From Scenedesmus sp. PABB004 (Eukaryota), in contig JABVCE010000008.1 of the NCBI GenBank assembly GCA_014905635.1, forward strand, positions 558,001 through 622,000: a stretch of DNA of 64,000 bases, read 5' to 3'. Shown in pieces: positions 38,852 to 50,757 of this stretch. The notes beneath the pieces were generated by a model. The model was not told the origin of the DNA, searched no databases, and worked only from the letters and a program-made list of their open reading frames with translations. Every line of letters starts with the position of its first letter. Position 1 is the stretch's first letter. The translations under genes were made by a program, and so were the position numbers.

Positions 38852-39209
38852 GGCGGCCCCGCCCACCGGGAGACCGCCTCGCGGAGGAGCCGGGGCGCGG
38901 CCCCGGGCGCTCGCTGGCGCGCCGAGCGCGCGCCGCCGCGCGGCGGCGCGGGTGGCAGCAGCGGCGGGCCGCGGCGGGCGCGGCGGGGCGGGCGACGCGG
39001 GCGCGCTGCCGGCTGGGCGTGTCGAGCAGGCGGGCGCGGACGCGGGATTGCCGGCGCCGCAGGCTGGGGCGGGGATTGCAGTCTCGGGCCCTGCACGGCG
39101 TGGGGCCTCATTAGCAGGGCCTGCCTCGACCGCGCGGGCTAGAGCTCGCATTTAAGCAAGCCCAGGCCTCGCCTCGACAAACCTCGCCGCCAGGCGAAAG
39201 GCAGCAGGC

Positions 39210-39703
39210 ATGAGGGCAGCAGCACACCTTTGCGCGGGCGCCCGGCCCGCGCACGCGCCCGGCCTGGCCCCGCGGCGGGCGCCGGCGTGCCCAGCCGCTC
39301 TGGCGGGGCGCCCCCGACGCTGCCGCGAGGCGCGCTGCGCCGCGGCCTGCGCGCCCGGCAGCACCAGCGTTGCGTGGCTCCCGCGCCGGCCCTGCGCGCG
39401 GCGGGGGCGCGTTCACCGCGCGTTCGAGGGCCAGCAGGGCGGCGGAGGCTCGCCCCGCGACCCCAGGTGCGCCGGCGCGCCCAGCAACGCGGCGCCATCG
39501 CGCCAGCCTGGCCCTCCCGGCCCCCAGCGCCGCGCCCCGCTCTCGGGCCGGCGCGGGCGCCCGCCGGGGCCCGGCCCCGGTCTCGGAGCGCCCGGGGACC
39601 GCCAGCGCGGCGCGGCGCGGGCGGCGGCGCGCCGGCGCGGCGCGGCGCGCGTGCGGGGCGGTTTCTGCTGCTCCCGCGCCCGCTGCTGCGCGCGCCGCGC
39701 ACA

Positions 39704-39745
<42 letters not shown>

Positions 39746-39946
39746 GGCGCGCGCAGCCTGGAGGACTACCTGGAGGTGAAGATTGAGAGCGTGCGCGTGA
39801 GCCAGGGCGCGAGCGTGGTCTACCTGCGCGTCGTCGGCACAGACGGCGTCATCCCAGTGCACATAGGTCCGCGCCCGCGCCGCGCCCCCGCGCCGCGCGC
39901 CGCGCGCCGCGCACCGCAGCAGCGGCGCCCGTCGGGGCCCGCGGGG

Positions 39947-39978
<32 letters not shown>

Positions 39979-40085
39979 GCGCTGACCGCCGGGGCCCGCG
40001 GGGCGTCGTGTGCCGCCGCGGCGCGCAGGGGAGCACGAGAGCAACGCGCTGCTGCGGGAGATCAACAAGCAGCGCCAGGTGGGCG

Positions 40086-40155
<70 letters not shown>

Positions 40156-41591
40156 GCGGCGCCCCGCCCGCCGGCGCCGCCCGCCCTCCGCCCGTGCCGC
40201 CGCTCACCGCGCCCGCCCTGCGCGCCCGCGCGCCCCAGGTGCGGCCGCTGACGCATGACCTGCTGAAGAACCTGCTGTCAGACCTCGGCTACCGCGTCAC
40301 CAAGGCGCGCGCGCAGCACGCACAGCACGCACACAGCGCGGCGCGGCCGCCCTCGCGCGCTGCATGCCCGCGCCGCCCCGCGCGTCACCCCCCTCCACGC
40401 CCGCCCGTCCACGCCCGCCCCTCCACGCCCGCCCCTTCTGCCGCCCAGGTGCGCGTGACGGACATCATCGCCAACACCTACTACGCGCGCGTCCACGTCG
40501 CGCGCCCCGCGCCCGGCGGCGCGCCCGGCGAGGTCGTCGACGAGGTGCGGCGCGCGCGCGGCGTCCCGGATGCCCGCGGGCGGGCGGGCGGGCGGGCGGG
40601 CGGGCGGGGCGGGCGGGCGGGCGGGCGGGCGGGCGGGCGATGGGCGGCGGTTGAGGGGCGGGCGCCGGCGAACAGCGCAGCGCGCGGGCGGCGCTGGCAG
40701 CGGGCGGTCGGCGCGCCAGCGGCGCGACGCGCGGCCCGCCGCCGCCCATGCGCTGCTGCATCGGCGCACGCTCACCCATGTGCGGGCGCCGGCGAGCAGC
40801 AGCGCGTGGGCGGCGGCGGGCAGCTGGCGGGCGGGCGGCGGGCGCGGCGCCCGCGGCGGCGGCGGCGCGCTGGCGTGACGCGCGGCCCGCCGCGTCGTGG
40901 CCGCCGCGCCGTCGCCACCGCGCCGCGCAGGTCGATGTCGACGCGCGGCCGAGCGACGCGATCAACCTCGCGGTGCGCTTCGGCGCGCCGGTCTACGTGT
41001 CGCGCAAGATCGCCGACGGCGCGGCGCAGCACGCGCCGTCCGAGGCGGCGGCGCCGCCGCCGGCGAGCGAGAGCCACGCCGAGATCGTGCGCAGCGTGCG
41101 CGAGGCGCTGGCCAACTACGACGACCCGACCATCATGATCACGCTGCAGAAGGAGCTCGCGGTCAAGGAGGTGCGGCGCGGCGCGCGTGCGTGTGTGTGT
41201 GTTCGTCTCGCGTGTGGGTGTGTGGGCGTGCGTGGCTGTGTGAGCGGGTGCAGGCGGGCGGGTGCCCGTAGGCGGGTGGCAGTGCGGGCCGCGTGCAGCG
41301 GCAGAGCGCCGCGGCAGCTGCGGGGGGCCGCCCGCCGAGCGCGCCCGCGCCGCGCCGCGCCGCCCTGCTCTCGCGCCGCGCGCGCCGCCGCAGGAGCGGT
41401 TTGAGGACGCGCGGCAGTTCCAGGAGTCGATCCTCCACGAAATGACGCACAACCGGCTGCTGCGGCTCGTGGTCGCGATGGAGAGCGCGCTCGCAGACGG
41501 GCGCTACGAGGAGGCCGCGGCGCTGCGGGACGAGTACCGGCGCGCGCTCGCGGCGCAGAGCCAGACCGCGGACCGCAGCCTCGGCTTGTGA
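39210..41591 (+). CDS. BBD: Bifunctional nuclease (DUF151/BFN domain with UVR-like C-terminus) and a transit-peptide-like N-terminus
   Basis: Exons 39210-39466, 39757-39866, 40029-40078, 40239-40304, 40449-40544, 40931-41170 and 41394-41591. Motifs IPVHIGEHE, RPLTHDLLK, TYYARV, VDARPSDAINLAVRFGAPVYV, AVKEERFEDA and ALADGRYEEAAALRD. Confidence 0.9.
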
Positions 41592-42215
41592 CGGCCGCGC
41601 GCCGGCGCTGGCGAGAGGCGCGCCGCCGCGGGGCGGCGGCGAGAGTGACGCCCCGGGCAGGGGCAGGGTTTTGTCGCGCGGCGCCGGCCGCGGTGCGGCG
41701 CCGGCCGCGGCGTGCGCACACGCCGCCGCGGCGCCGCCGCGCGCGCGGCGCTGCCGGGCTGCACTGCAGGCGCGCTGCGCTTTTGTACGATCTCCCCCGT
41801 GTGCGCGGGGCGCGCGGCGCGCCGGCGTTTTCGCTGCTGCCAGGCCGCTGCCCGCTCCTGCCCCCCTCCCCGCACGCGCGTGCGGCGCGTGTACCCAAGA
41901 GTGTGTGTGTGCGCTTGTGCGTGCGTTGCCCCCAGTTGGCCGGGTTGGCTGTGCGTGGCCGGCCGCGCGGCGGTGCGCGCGCGTGTGTCCATAGGCTAGG
42001 CTAGGCCGACCGTGGATCGGTTCCCTGACCCACCGGCTGACCCACACCACCACACCACACGCACTGCCACCTCCCTGCGCCGCCGCCGCCGCCTGACCGC
42101 TCCGTCGTTGCGCGGCGCGGGGCTGCAGCTGCTGCCGTAGGCCCCTAGGGCTGTTGGGGGCAGGGGCTTGACGGCGCGTGTACTTGCTCCCCTCTCTCTG
42201 CTGTATTCCAACAAG

Positions 42216-42220
42216 TGTAA
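42216..42220 (+). promoter_or_regulatory. TGTAA, possible polyadenylation signal of BBD
   Basis: Plus-strand TGTAA about 625 nt after the BBD stop and about 100 nt from the convergent rhomboid stop. Confidence 0.35.
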
Positions 42221-42319
42221 AAACAGCCTTGCGAACTGCTGGGGGCGTGTCGCAGCCCCGCGCGCCGCCGCCGCTCCGCTGCCTCGGCCGCCCCCGCACG
42301 CGCCGCTCCCCGCTCACTT

Positions 42320-43685
42320 CTAGGCGCCGTCGTTGTCGTTGTCGGGCAGCTGCCGCAGCAGCCACACCAGCAGCACGCCGGCCAGCGCGCCGCCGAGGTG
42401 CGCGACGTGCCCGACCTGCGCAGGCATGCGCGGCGCCGGCGCCGGTTGGGTTGGGTCCGCACGCGTGCGCGCTGCCGTGGGCCGCGCGCCGCGCCCCGCT
42501 CGCCGCGCTCTGGTCCGCAGCGCACGCGCGCACCTGCAGGCCGCCGATTGTGAGCCCGCCCGCGGCCTGGGCCTTGGCCTCGTTGAGGACCTGCTGAACG
42601 ACGAAATTGCCCAGGATAAAACCCTCGACCAGGCGGCGAGGATCCCAACTCAAGCGTGTGAGCACACTGACGGCAAAGAGGCCGAAGATGGCGCCGGACG
42701 CGCCGAGGCTGACCGTCACGGCGCCGCGCACGACCGCGGGCTGCGCGAGCACCGCCGCCGCCGCGGCGCCTGCGCAGGCAGGAGGGCGCGCGCGGCGGTG
42801 GCGGCGGCGGCGCGATCGGCCGCGGGCGTCGGCGGCGGCGGCGGCGCGGCGCGGCCGGCAGTGCGGCCCCCGGCTCGGCGCGCGCGCGCTCACCCGCGGC
42901 GCAGAGCAGGTAGATGGCGACGACCCCGGGTCCCTCCGTCTCCTCGACCATGCGCCCGAAGAGCAGCAGGTTGAACAGGTTGCCAACCAGGTGCTGCATG
43001 TGTGCAGAATGGGGGGGGGCAGTGGATTGGATTGAGTGCGACGCGGCGGCGCGCGGCGCGCGGGCGCGGCTCGGCGGCCACGTGGCCGGCGCCCGTGCGC
43101 GCACGCGGGCACGCGGACGTGCCCCTGCACGGCGCGCCTGGTAGTTTGCGTGCATGAACGCGTGCGTGACCCACTGCCACCACTGCGGGTGCGCGTGGTT
43201 GAGGTACAGCGCCGCCGCGCCGGGCAGGTGCAGCACGTGGTCGGCGACGAAACCCGCGAGGTTGAGGCAGATGAGCAGCCACACGCCGTTGCCCGCCGGC
43301 GCGCCGCTCAGCGGGCCTGCGCCGCCACGGCGGCGGCGTGAGACCAGGGCCGCGCGGCGGGCGCGCGAGCGCCTCCGCTCGCTCGCGCCAAGCGAGCCCC
43401 GCGGCGCGCACCCGACTCGGGGGCCCGCCTCGGCGCGGGCTTGGAGTTGCCGTTGAGGCCATACTTGGCGAGTATGTCGCTGCCGTCATCGCCGGCCGCC
43501 GCGGACACGCGCAGCGCCCGGCGCCCGCCACGGCGCGCTGGCAGCGGCCGCGGCCGCGCTGGCAGCGGCCGCGGCGGCGCTTGCAGCGGCCGCGGCGGCG
43601 CGAGCCGGGGCCCCGCCGCGCGCAGCGGCGCCCGTGAGCGAGAGGGCTGCAGAGACGCGCCGCCGCCGAGCTGGTGCCGCTGCAT
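42320..43685 (-). CDS. Rhomboid intramembrane serine protease (S54), probably plastid-targeted
   Basis: Exons 43685-43412, 43316-43138, 42993-42894, 42769-42534 and 42415-42320. Motifs WWQWVTHAFMHANYQHLVGN, catalytic GASGAIFG and GHVAHLGGALAG. Confidence 0.92.
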
Positions 43686-43952
43686 GGATGGCCGCGGCGG
43701 CGGGGGACGAGCGCAACGGCGCACGGCAGCGGCGGCGGTGTGGTGTGCGCTGGGCTGCGCGTGGGGTCGCTCTGAGTTGCTCTCGGCGCTCTCTGCGTCA
43801 GACGCACTGCGTGCGCGCGCGCGGCGCCGCTGAATTGCCGCTGACGGCGCGTCAGGCAGCGGCGGTGCAGCGCGGCGGTGCAGCGGCCAATTGGGCCCCC
43901 CCGGGCCGCCCCGCCCTCACTGGCGACGACGCGGGACGCGCCTGACCGACGC

Positions 43953-45162
43953 ATGCAGCAGCCTCACGCCATGGCGCTGCGCGGGCGGCCGGCGGCGGCA
44001 GCACGCAGCTGGCAGCGGCAGCGGCGGCGGCTGCCCCCGCCGCGCTGCTCCGCTGAGAAGCAGCAGCAGCAGCAGCCGCAGCCGCAGCAGACGCAGCAGC
44101 AGCCGCTGGAGGTCAGCCGCTCGCTGGCCGCGGCGCGGGCCGCCGAGGCGGCGCGCCCGGAGCCGCTCGTGTGCGACCCCTTTGCGGCGGCGCTGGCGGG
44201 CCCCGGCGGCAGCGCCGCCCCCGACGCGGCGCTGCTGGACGTGGTGGCCACGCGCTACATCGACGAGAGCCTGCTGAACGCGATGGCGGCGACAAACGTC
44301 AACACCATCGCCAGCGGCGACTACCGGCAGGTGCGCGCCGCCGGCCCGCGCGCCGCCGGCCCGCGCGCCAGCAGCGGCCGCGGGGGCGGGGGCGGCGCCG
44401 GCCGCGCGTGCCCGCCGAGCTGAGCGCCTCGCGGCGCCGCCGCAGGTGGTCCTGCTGGGCGACGGGCTCGACTGCCGGCCGTTCCGGCTGCCCTGGCCGC
44501 CGGGCACGCTGCTCTTCCTGGTCGCGCCGGCGGAGGTGCACGCGGCGGCCGAGGCGCTGCTGGCCGCCGCGCCCGCACCGGCGCACGTCCCGCGCGGCTG
44601 CCTGCTGCGGCGCGTGCCGCTCGACCTCGGCGCCGCGGCGTGCGCGGGCGACGGCGGCGGGTCCGTGTTTGCGGCCGCGCTCGCGCGCGGGGGCTTCCGC
44701 GCCGACCGCCTGAGCGTGTGGGCGCTGCAGGGCCTGCACGGCCTCGGCCTGGGCGCGGGCGCGCTGCGCGCGCTGCTGGCGGAGGTCGCCGACGGCGCCG
44801 CGTTCCACAGCCTGCTCGTCGGCGAGCTCCCCGGCCCGCTGCGCCGCGGCGACGCGGCCAACCTGCTCGCTGAGGCCGGCCTGCTCGGCGCGGTCTACGC
44901 GCACGCCGACGAGGCCTACGGCCGGCTCGGCGGGCCTGCTGGCGGGAGAAGCAGCAGCGGGAGCAGCAGCGGCGGCGGTGACGGTGACAGCGGCGGCGCG
45001 GCCGCGGCGGCCGGCGGCGGCGACGACGCCGTCGCCGAGCGCTGGCTCGTCACGGCGCAGCAGCTGCGGCTGTCGTTGGCGCAGATGGGCATCTACGACG
45101 ACTGGAGCGCCGAGTTTGAGGCGGCAGAGGCGGGGGACGACGCAGTTGGCAACTTCAGCTGA
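43953..45162 (+). CDS. Putative SAM-dependent methyltransferase, leucine carboxyl methyltransferase (LCM) family
   Basis: Exons 43953 (or 43971)-44330 and 44446-45162. Motifs AAARAAE..PLVCDPFAAALAG, ATRYIDE, RQVVLLGDGLDCRPFRLPWP and SVWALQGL. Confidence 0.8.
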
Positions 45163-45521
45163 CGAGCGCGTGCGCCCGGGAGAGCGCACGCCGGGTCTCA
45201 GCGGCGGCGGCGGCGCCACCGCCGGGTCTCAGCTGAAACCTAACAGCGGCGGCGCCTGTGAGCTGCGCCCTCCACTCCCCAGACCACCAGCTCACTGCTG
45301 CGACGTGAGCTCACGTTGCGCCGGGGCGGCACTCGACCTCCCGCGCGGCGGCGGGGCGGCAGCAGCGGCGGCGGCGGCAGCGCGGCCCCACCCGCCCGCG
45401 CCAGCGATCAGCGGACCCGGCGGCCGCCCGCCCGCGACGCGCCCGGGGCCGCGCACTGCCGCGCGCTGCCGGAGCAGCCACACGTATCGAGGCCTCCGCG
45501 CGGCGCGGGCCGCGGCGGCGC

Positions 45522-46375
45522 ATGAGCGCCATGGCGGGGCGCGCGTTCAGCCTGCGCTACCTGGCCGCGAGGCTGGGCACGGCGGCGGAGCTGGTGGCGA
45601 AGGAGGCGGCGGAGGCGCCGAGCAGCGGCGCCGGCGGGCTGCTCGATCGCTTCCGCGAGGCCCTGAGCAAGCAGCTGACCACCGTCATCGCCGTGACGGG
45701 CGCCGCGATGGCGCCCGCCATCAACGCGGTGAGCATGGCGCCGCGCCGCGCGAGCGCGAGCGGGCGACCAGCGGCGGTCGGCGCACGCGGCACACGCGCT
45801 CCCGCCTCACCCGCCGCGCCGCGCGCCTGGCGCAGGCGTCGGCGAGCGACCCGGGGGCGTACGAGAAGCTCGTGGTGCGGGTTATCCCGCGCCCGAGCGC
45901 GCGCACGGTCAACGTCGGCGACGTCGTCGCCTTCTCCAGCCCGCTGTCGCCGCCGTCGGCGTCGTCGCTGCTCGTGCGCCGCGTCGCGGCGCTGCAGGGC
46001 CACCCGATGCTCACGGCCGACGACGAGGAGCACGTCGAGCGCGTGCCGCCGGGGCACTGCTGGGTCCTCGCCGACAACGAGCGGCTGTCGCCGCCGGACG
46101 TCATCGACTCGCGGGCGTTTGGCTACCTCGACATGCGCCTCATCACCGGCCGCGTGCTCTACCGCGTGGGGCCCGGCGGCGCGCACGGCCGCGTCGCCAA
46201 CAGCCCCGCGAGCGAGGCCGACGACGACGCAGTGATCGAGAGCGAGGTCGACGCAGGCGCGCTCGCGGAGGGCATGCCCGGCGTCGCGGACGAGCCAGGC
46301 GGCGGCGGTGGCGGGGGCGGCGGCGGCGGCGCGGGGGAGGAGGCTGGCGGCAGCACGGGCAAGCAGGAGCGGTAG
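45522..46375 (+). CDS. Peptidase S26 (mitochondrial IMP-like) family protein lacking the catalytic Ser/Lys dyad
   Basis: Exons 45522-45728 and 45836-46375. Motifs VTGAAMAPAIN, VGDVVAFSSP, LLVRRVAALQG, VPPGHCWVLADN and DSRAFG..ITGRV. Confidence 0.85.
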
Positions 46376-46822
46376 CAGGCAGCAGCTGCAGCGGGCGGGC
46401 GGGCGGGGAGCGGGGGTCGCATGTATCAACACGAGTCGTCACTCGAGCGGACCGCCCGCCTGCCGTCCCTCGCGTGCGCTCGCCGCCCGGCAGGCTCTTG
46501 GATCAGCTCGCAGGGATCAGCTCGCGGGTCTGCAACAGATTCAGTGCTCCTGCGCGCACGCGCATGCTGACCGATCCCGCGCCGGTCAAGTGCCAGACCT
46601 CTCCAGCCGCCCAGGCGGGCTTGTGCGGCGCGGCGCGACCCTCGTTCCCCGCCATCCCGCGCCCCGCAGCAGAGTCGCAGACCAATTCAATGCTCGCAGC
46701 CCCGTTCCCACGCGCAGGCGCTCGCAATCGCAAGGCCGAGGCGGAGCAGTGCGCGCGAGCCGCCGGCAGCACCGATCGCCGGCAGCACCGATCCCCACAG
46801 ATGCGCGACGCGGTTCGCTCGC

Positions 46823-49800
46823 TCACGCGCCGCGCGGCCGGGTCGCGGGCTGCTGCGCTGCCGCCACTCCCGCGTCTGCCGCGAGCGCGGCCTCGCGGTC
46901 GTCCAGCATCAGCTGCAGGCACTCCAGCAGCTGCTCGGCGCTCGGGCGCTGCGCTGGGCTCTTCGCCCAGCAGCGGCACATGAGCAGGGCGTAGTCGTCC
47001 GGAATGCATGAGCTGACGTACGGGCGCAGGCCGTCGACCACGACCGTCTGAAGCAGCTGCCCCATGTGCAGGTGCTTGAAGGCCTGCGGGCACGACGTCG
47101 CGGTGGCGGTGACGGGCAGCCGCCGCGCCGGCCGGGCCCAGGCCGCGCGGCGGCGGCAGCCGAGCACGCGGCGGCCAGCCGCACCTGCTGCAGGCTGAAG
47201 AGCTCCCACATCATCACCCCAAACGAGTAGATGTCGGTCGAGGGGCCTGGCGCGGTCGCAGGTCTGGTCAGGATGCGCACCGTCGCGCGCGCGCGCGTGC
47301 CGGCGGCCCGCCGGCGGCGGGGCGTCGTGCGACCCTTCTCGGCCTGCCGTCCTCACCTGACCGGCCAAACTGGAGCAGCTCCGGCGGCATGTGGCTCAGC
47401 GTGCCCGTGGTGCGCGTGGTGCGGTGCGTCGCGCGCTCCTTCATCACGCGGCTCAGCCCTGCGGCACGGCGAGGGACGGTTGGGCAAGGGGCTGCTGCGA
47501 GATGCGCGGGGCCGCGCACGCGCGGGCAGCGCCAGCTGCCGGCCGCGCCGGCCCTGCACGGCGCGCACCCAGGTCGGCCAGCTTTGCGGTCATGCCGGTC
47601 TCGGCCGCCGGGTCGCTACAGACCAGGCAGTTGCTGCTGTTGAGGTCTCGGTGTACGATGCGCTCCGCGTGCAGCGCCGCCAGCCCGCGCGCGACGTCGC
47701 GCAGCAGGAGCAGGCGGTGCCGCATCTGGGCGTCTCCCTCCACGCTGGGCGACCAGCAGCGCGCCGCGATGCTGCCGAGCGTTCCCAGGTCCGCCAGCTC
47801 CTGCACGAGCCACGTCTGCGGCGCCGGCGGCGGCGGCGGGGGAGCCGCGTGCGGTGAGCGGCGGCGGGCGCACGCGTGCGCTCCCGAACGACTTGGCGCG
47901 CGCTGCTGCGTCAGCCGCACCTCGGCCGGCACGCTGCGGTCCCCGGCTGGGCTGGCCTGCGCGTGGTCGTCGTCAAACTGCACGGGCGAGTGCTGGATCA
48001 CCGCCCACACCCCGCTGCTGCTGCCGGCAACGCCGGGCAGCCCCTCCGGGCGCGCCTCGGGCAGGCCCGGCGCGGGCGCCCGCTTGGGCGGCGGCGGCGG
48101 CAGCAGTGACAGGGCGCCGCTCGCCGCGCCGGCGCCTCGCGCCGCCAGCTCCAGCGAGCCCACGCCGCCCAGCTCCAGGCCGGTGCTCGCGGGAGACAGC
48201 GACCAGGATGGCGCCGAGAGCGTCGGCCGCGGTGCGGCGCCGGGCGCGGGCGTGCCCGGCTGCGCCTGCACGCTCGCCCTGTCGGCGGACGCCAGCACGG
48301 CCTGCAGCGGCAGCAGCAGCCGCCCTGGCCGCGTGCCCGCCGCGGCCCGGCCGCCCGACCGCGCGTCGAGCGCCGGCGCGCCGGACGCGCTGCGGCCCGT
48401 GCCGCCGCCGCCCGCGCTGCCGCCGCCCGCGCTGCCGCCCTGCGCCAGACGCGGCGGCAGCGCCGCCGCGGCCGCCGCGGCGCTGCGCGTGCTGTGCCGC
48501 GTGACCGCGTGAAAGGCGCCGACGACGTTGGGGTGCCGCATGCGCAGCATGAGCTCCACCTCGCGCCGCACCGCCTCTGACGCGGTGCTGTCGTGGCTGA
48601 TGACCTTGACCGCCACGTCAGCGTTGCGCCAGCGCCCCCGAAAGACGCGCGCAAAGCTGCCAGCGCCCAGGCACTCGCCTGCGCCCGCAGCGGCGGCGCA
48701 TCGGGTCGGCGCGCGTTGGCGGGGGTCGGCGGCGGCGGCGGGGTGTCGGCCCGGCCGGCGCGCGCCGGCGCCGGGGCCGCGCTGGCGGGCGCGGCGCCGC
48801 ACCCAGGTGGATCTCGTCACCGCCAGGCGCGGCCGTCGCCCAGGCTGGCAGCTGCGGCGCCGTCTGGGCGCTGTGCACCTCCCACGCCTCGCTCCGCCCG
48901 CGCGCAGGGGGCAGCGGGCTGCCGTCGCCGAGCGAGCCCGGGCCGCTGCTGGCGAGCGCCGTGGCGCTGCTGCCGCGCGTCGCGGTGCCGCTCGCGGCGC
49001 TGACGAGCGCGCCCTTGCGCGCGCCGCCGCTGCCCAGGTGCGCCCTGAGCTGCGCCAGCAAGCGGCGCCGCCGCACCACCGCCGCCACGCCAGCCGCCAG
49101 CAGCAGGCTCGCCACCGTGACGGGCACGGCGACCGCCGCCGCCCGCGCGCCGCTCACAGTGCCGCCGCCGCCGCCGAGCTGCCGGGCCTGGCCCAGCAGC
49201 TGCGCGGTCAGCTCGGCGAGGCACGCCTCGGGGCTGCGGTCGCGCACGCAGTCCGCGGACACGACGTGCTCGCACACGCGAGTGGCGTTAAGCCGCTGGA
49301 GTGCATAGCCTCCGACGTAGAGGTTCCCTTCAACCAGGGTGAGCGGGACGTCACTCGAAATGTCCTCCGCGGCGAAGACGTCCAGGTAGGTCCGGTTCTG
49401 TGTGCGCACGCGGCGGGCGGCGGGCGGCAGGGGCGCTCAGGGCGCGCGCCGCGCGCGCGCGCGTTGCGCGGTGCCCGCGCGCAGGCGCCGCGCGCGGCGG
49501 TGAGCAGGCGCGCGGACGCTCACACGCCAGCGATACTCGGGCAGCGCCGCCGCGAGCTGCCGCGGGCCGGCCGGGCCCGGCAGCAGCGCGGAGCGGATGG
49601 TGTTGTTGACCACGGCGAGGGACGACGCTGTCGTGGGGCACGCCAGGCGCACGCCGGGGGAGTGCGCGTGGATCACGCGCGCGCCGAGCTGGCCGCGCAG
49701 GAACGAAATGAGCGTGCCGGTGCCGCGGTGGGACTCGTTCGCGATGGCGACGCCCGAAAACTTGAACGTGCAGTCGCCGCAGACGTCGAGCCGCCCGATG

Positions 49801-50290
49801 CGCGCGCGCAGGTCGAGCAGCGGCGTCGCCGCGCCCGGCGGCGCGGCGATCGTGACGTTGCTGCGCGCGCGCAGCGCGAGCGGCGTCGGCGCGCGCAGCG
49901 TGAGCGTGGGCGGCGCGAGCAGCGTCGGCGCGCGGCGCGCAGCGCGAGCGACGTCGGCGCGCGCAGCGCGAGCAGCGCGGCGCGCGCAGCGTGGGCGGCG
50001 CCGGCGCGCGCGTGCGGGGGCGGCTGCCGCGTGCACTCACCGGTTGATGGGCACGGGGTCGGTGAGGGCGTCAAACTCATCGCGCACGTCGTAATCAAGC
50101 GCCAGCAGCAGCGTCGTCGCCATCGAGTCCCGCAGCGCCGGCAGCAGGCGCGTCTCGTTGCCGCGCGGGTCGTTGGAGACGTGTGCGACCAGCTCCTCCG
50201 GCGGCGGGGCGCAGCGCCCAGCGCAGCAACCAGCAGGCACGCCGCAGCGAGCGCGGCGGCCGCCACACGCGGCGGCGCCGCCCGCCGCAT
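46823..50290 (-). CDS. Receptor-like Ser/Thr kinase (TKL group) with Cys-containing ectodomain and TM; one frameshift near 50206
   Basis: Exons 50290-50041, 49860-49524, 49397-48803, 48678-47921, 47815-47569, 47458-47357, 47246-47185 and 47083-46823. TM AVAVPVTVASLLLAAGVAAVVRRRR; kinase motifs LGAGSFARV, VAVK, HPNVV, HRDLNSSN, ADLGLSR, GTLSHMPPE, DIYSFG and CW..RP. Confidence 0.85.
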
Positions 50291-50757
50291 CTCGTGGCCG
50301 CCGCCTCGCCGGCCCGCTGGCCCCTGCTGCGCTCCCACGGCACGGCCGTGCGGCGGAGCCTACGATCTGGCGGAGCTGGGCGCGTTCATGCGGCCATTGA
50401 GCCGCGCCGGCAGCCGCCGCAGCCGTTCGAGCGGTCGCTGCGCGCGCTCGCCCGCGCGCTGCGCTGCCGGCCCTGTGGTGACTGCTGCTGCCGGGGCCGC
50501 CAGAACGCGGGCGGGGCCGGGCACAAGAGGCGGGGTGGCGGCGGGGTTCAGGCGGCGGGCGGGGTTCGACCGCGCGGTTCAAGCAGCAGCCCCGACTGCC
50601 AGAAATCCCGTGCACCCCTCCCCTCTGATGATGTACAACACACCGACACTGGTACACGGCCCGCGCCGAGCCCCACGCCGAGCCGCGCCGCGCGGGGCCG
50701 GGCCGCGCCGGCCGAGGCTGCCGAGCCCCGCGCAGCGCAGGGTTCAGGGTTTGAGGT

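Noticed and set aside
47569..47700. Kinase as a pseudokinase (HRDLN, DLG instead of HRDLK, DFG)
   Set aside because: The VAVK Lys, catalytic Asp, Asn and Mg-binding Asp are all present, and such variants are common in algal TKL kinases.
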